Shown piece after piece: positions 63,187 to 64,000 of a DNA stretch of 64,000 nt. The notes under the pieces were generated by a model that saw nothing but the letters and a program-made list of their open reading frames with translations, searched no databases and was not told where the DNA came from. This stretch comes from an uncultured Actinomycetes bacterium (GTDB lineage Bacteria; Actinomycetota; Acidimicrobiia; IMCC26256; DASPTH01), in the NCBI GenBank assembly GCA_963725775.1, contig CAVRZT010000001.1, forward strand, positions 1,036,209 through 1,100,208. The letters are read 5' to 3'. The stretch's first letter is position 1. The number at the start of each line of letters is the position of its first letter. The position numbers and the translations under genes are program-made.

Positions 63187-64000
63187 CTACCCATTGAGAC
63201 TCTCCGGGACGAGCGTTCCCTTGATCGCCTTCTTCGTGTAGGGCACGAACTTGCCGTTCTTGATCTGCAGGTACCAGCCGCAGAGGGTCTTGGGCGCGGT
63301 GCCAAAGCCCTGGGCGCTCACGTCGACGGGCTGACAGCCGAGACCGGCGGCGTCCCAGGTGTTGAGACCCTTGGTCGCGCTGATGTAGCCGTCGCGGGTG
63401 AGGTTCTTCCCGGCTGCCTGGAGGCCTTTGATCAACAGGTCTGCCGCGAGGTAGCCGGTGTACACGCCGAAGTCGGGGACCCCGCGGAAGCTCGTGTACT
63501 TGGTGACGTCTCCCACGAACTGCTTGGTCGCCGCGGTCTTCAGCTCGACCGGCGCCCAGCCCTGGGCGAGCAGAACTTCTGGCCCGATCGTCTGCGCGGC
63601 GGGTTGGTCGAGCAGCGCCTGGCCGTACCCGGTCGCGAGCACCGCCAGCTTGAACTTCAGGTTGTTCTGGGCCGCGGTCTGGATGATCGCCAGGTTCGTC
63701 GACAGGACCAGCGGCAGGTACACCGCGTCGACACCGGCGTTCTTCATGCCGAGCACCAGGGGAGCGACATCCGTGGTCCCGAACTCGACGGTGGTGTTGG
63801 TGTACGCGGGATCGAGCCCGGCCTTGGGGACCGTGTACTTCTGGAGGTTCTTCGCTGCCGCGGTGGACGACGCCGAGGAGCCGTAGGACACCGTGCCGAC
63901 CTTCGTGGCGCCCTTCTTCTTCATGAGCTCGACGAAACCCGGCTCGTACTGCGCGCCGTAAACCGGCGAGCTGTTGCCAAGGATCGAGATGAGCTTCTCG
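63187..64000 (-). CDS. ABC-type substrate-binding protein (PBP1-like), partial
   Basis: FGTTDVAPLVLGMKNAGVDAVY, ATGYG, GYLAADLLIKGL; the ORF continues past the window end. Confidence 0.82.
   Translation of the reverse strand, partial: EKLISILGNSSPVYGAQYEPGFVELMKKKGATKVGTVSYGSSASSTAAAKNLQKYTVPKAGLDPAYTNTTVEFGTTDVAPLVLGMKNAGVDAVYLPLVLSTNLAIIQTAAQNNLKFKLAVLATGYGQALLDQPAAQTIGPEVLLAQGWAPVELKTAATKQFVGDVTKYTSFRGVPDFGVYTGYLAADLLIKGLQAAGKNLTRDGYISATKGLNTWDAAGLGCQPVDVSAQGFGTAPKTLCGWYLQIKNGKFVPYTKKAIKGTLVPESLNG

Overview
High-GC (~70%) actinobacterial DNA; the gene content resembles Acidimicrobiia or Frankia, which is an inference. The left end (1-5 kb) is a xylose module: GH3 glycosidase, xylB, ROK repressor with its operator, and xylA. 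The remaining ~58 kb is a large lipid/aromatic/terpenoid-like catabolic island. Its oxidative enzymes are two Rieske oxygenase alpha subunits (each followed by the same ~110-aa unknown protein), a KshB-like reductase, two P450s plus a ferredoxin, two TauD dioxygenases, a molybdoenzyme and an F420-dependent LLM. Its CoA-pathway enzymes are 3 CoA ligases, 6 acyl-CoA dehydrogenase genes (two alpha/beta pairs), two SCP2-thiolase/DUF35 pairs, CoA transferases and a carboxyltransferase. It also carries three orphan binding proteins and TWO split B12-dependent acyl-CoA mutases with MeaB. The best candidate for an undescribed system is this B12-radical plus oxygenase catabolic pathway. One mutase keeps the MCM Tyr/Arg carboxylate pair but has a rebuilt active site; the other is an ICM/HCM-like variant. 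Other features are shared operator motifs, MIRU-like coupling mini-ORFs, a decayed accessory patch with mazEF, a deletion scar and a degenerate tRNA-Gly with a triplicated 3' end. Many genes between ~10 and 31.5 kb carry single-base indels that look like long-read errors, so their coordinates are approximate.
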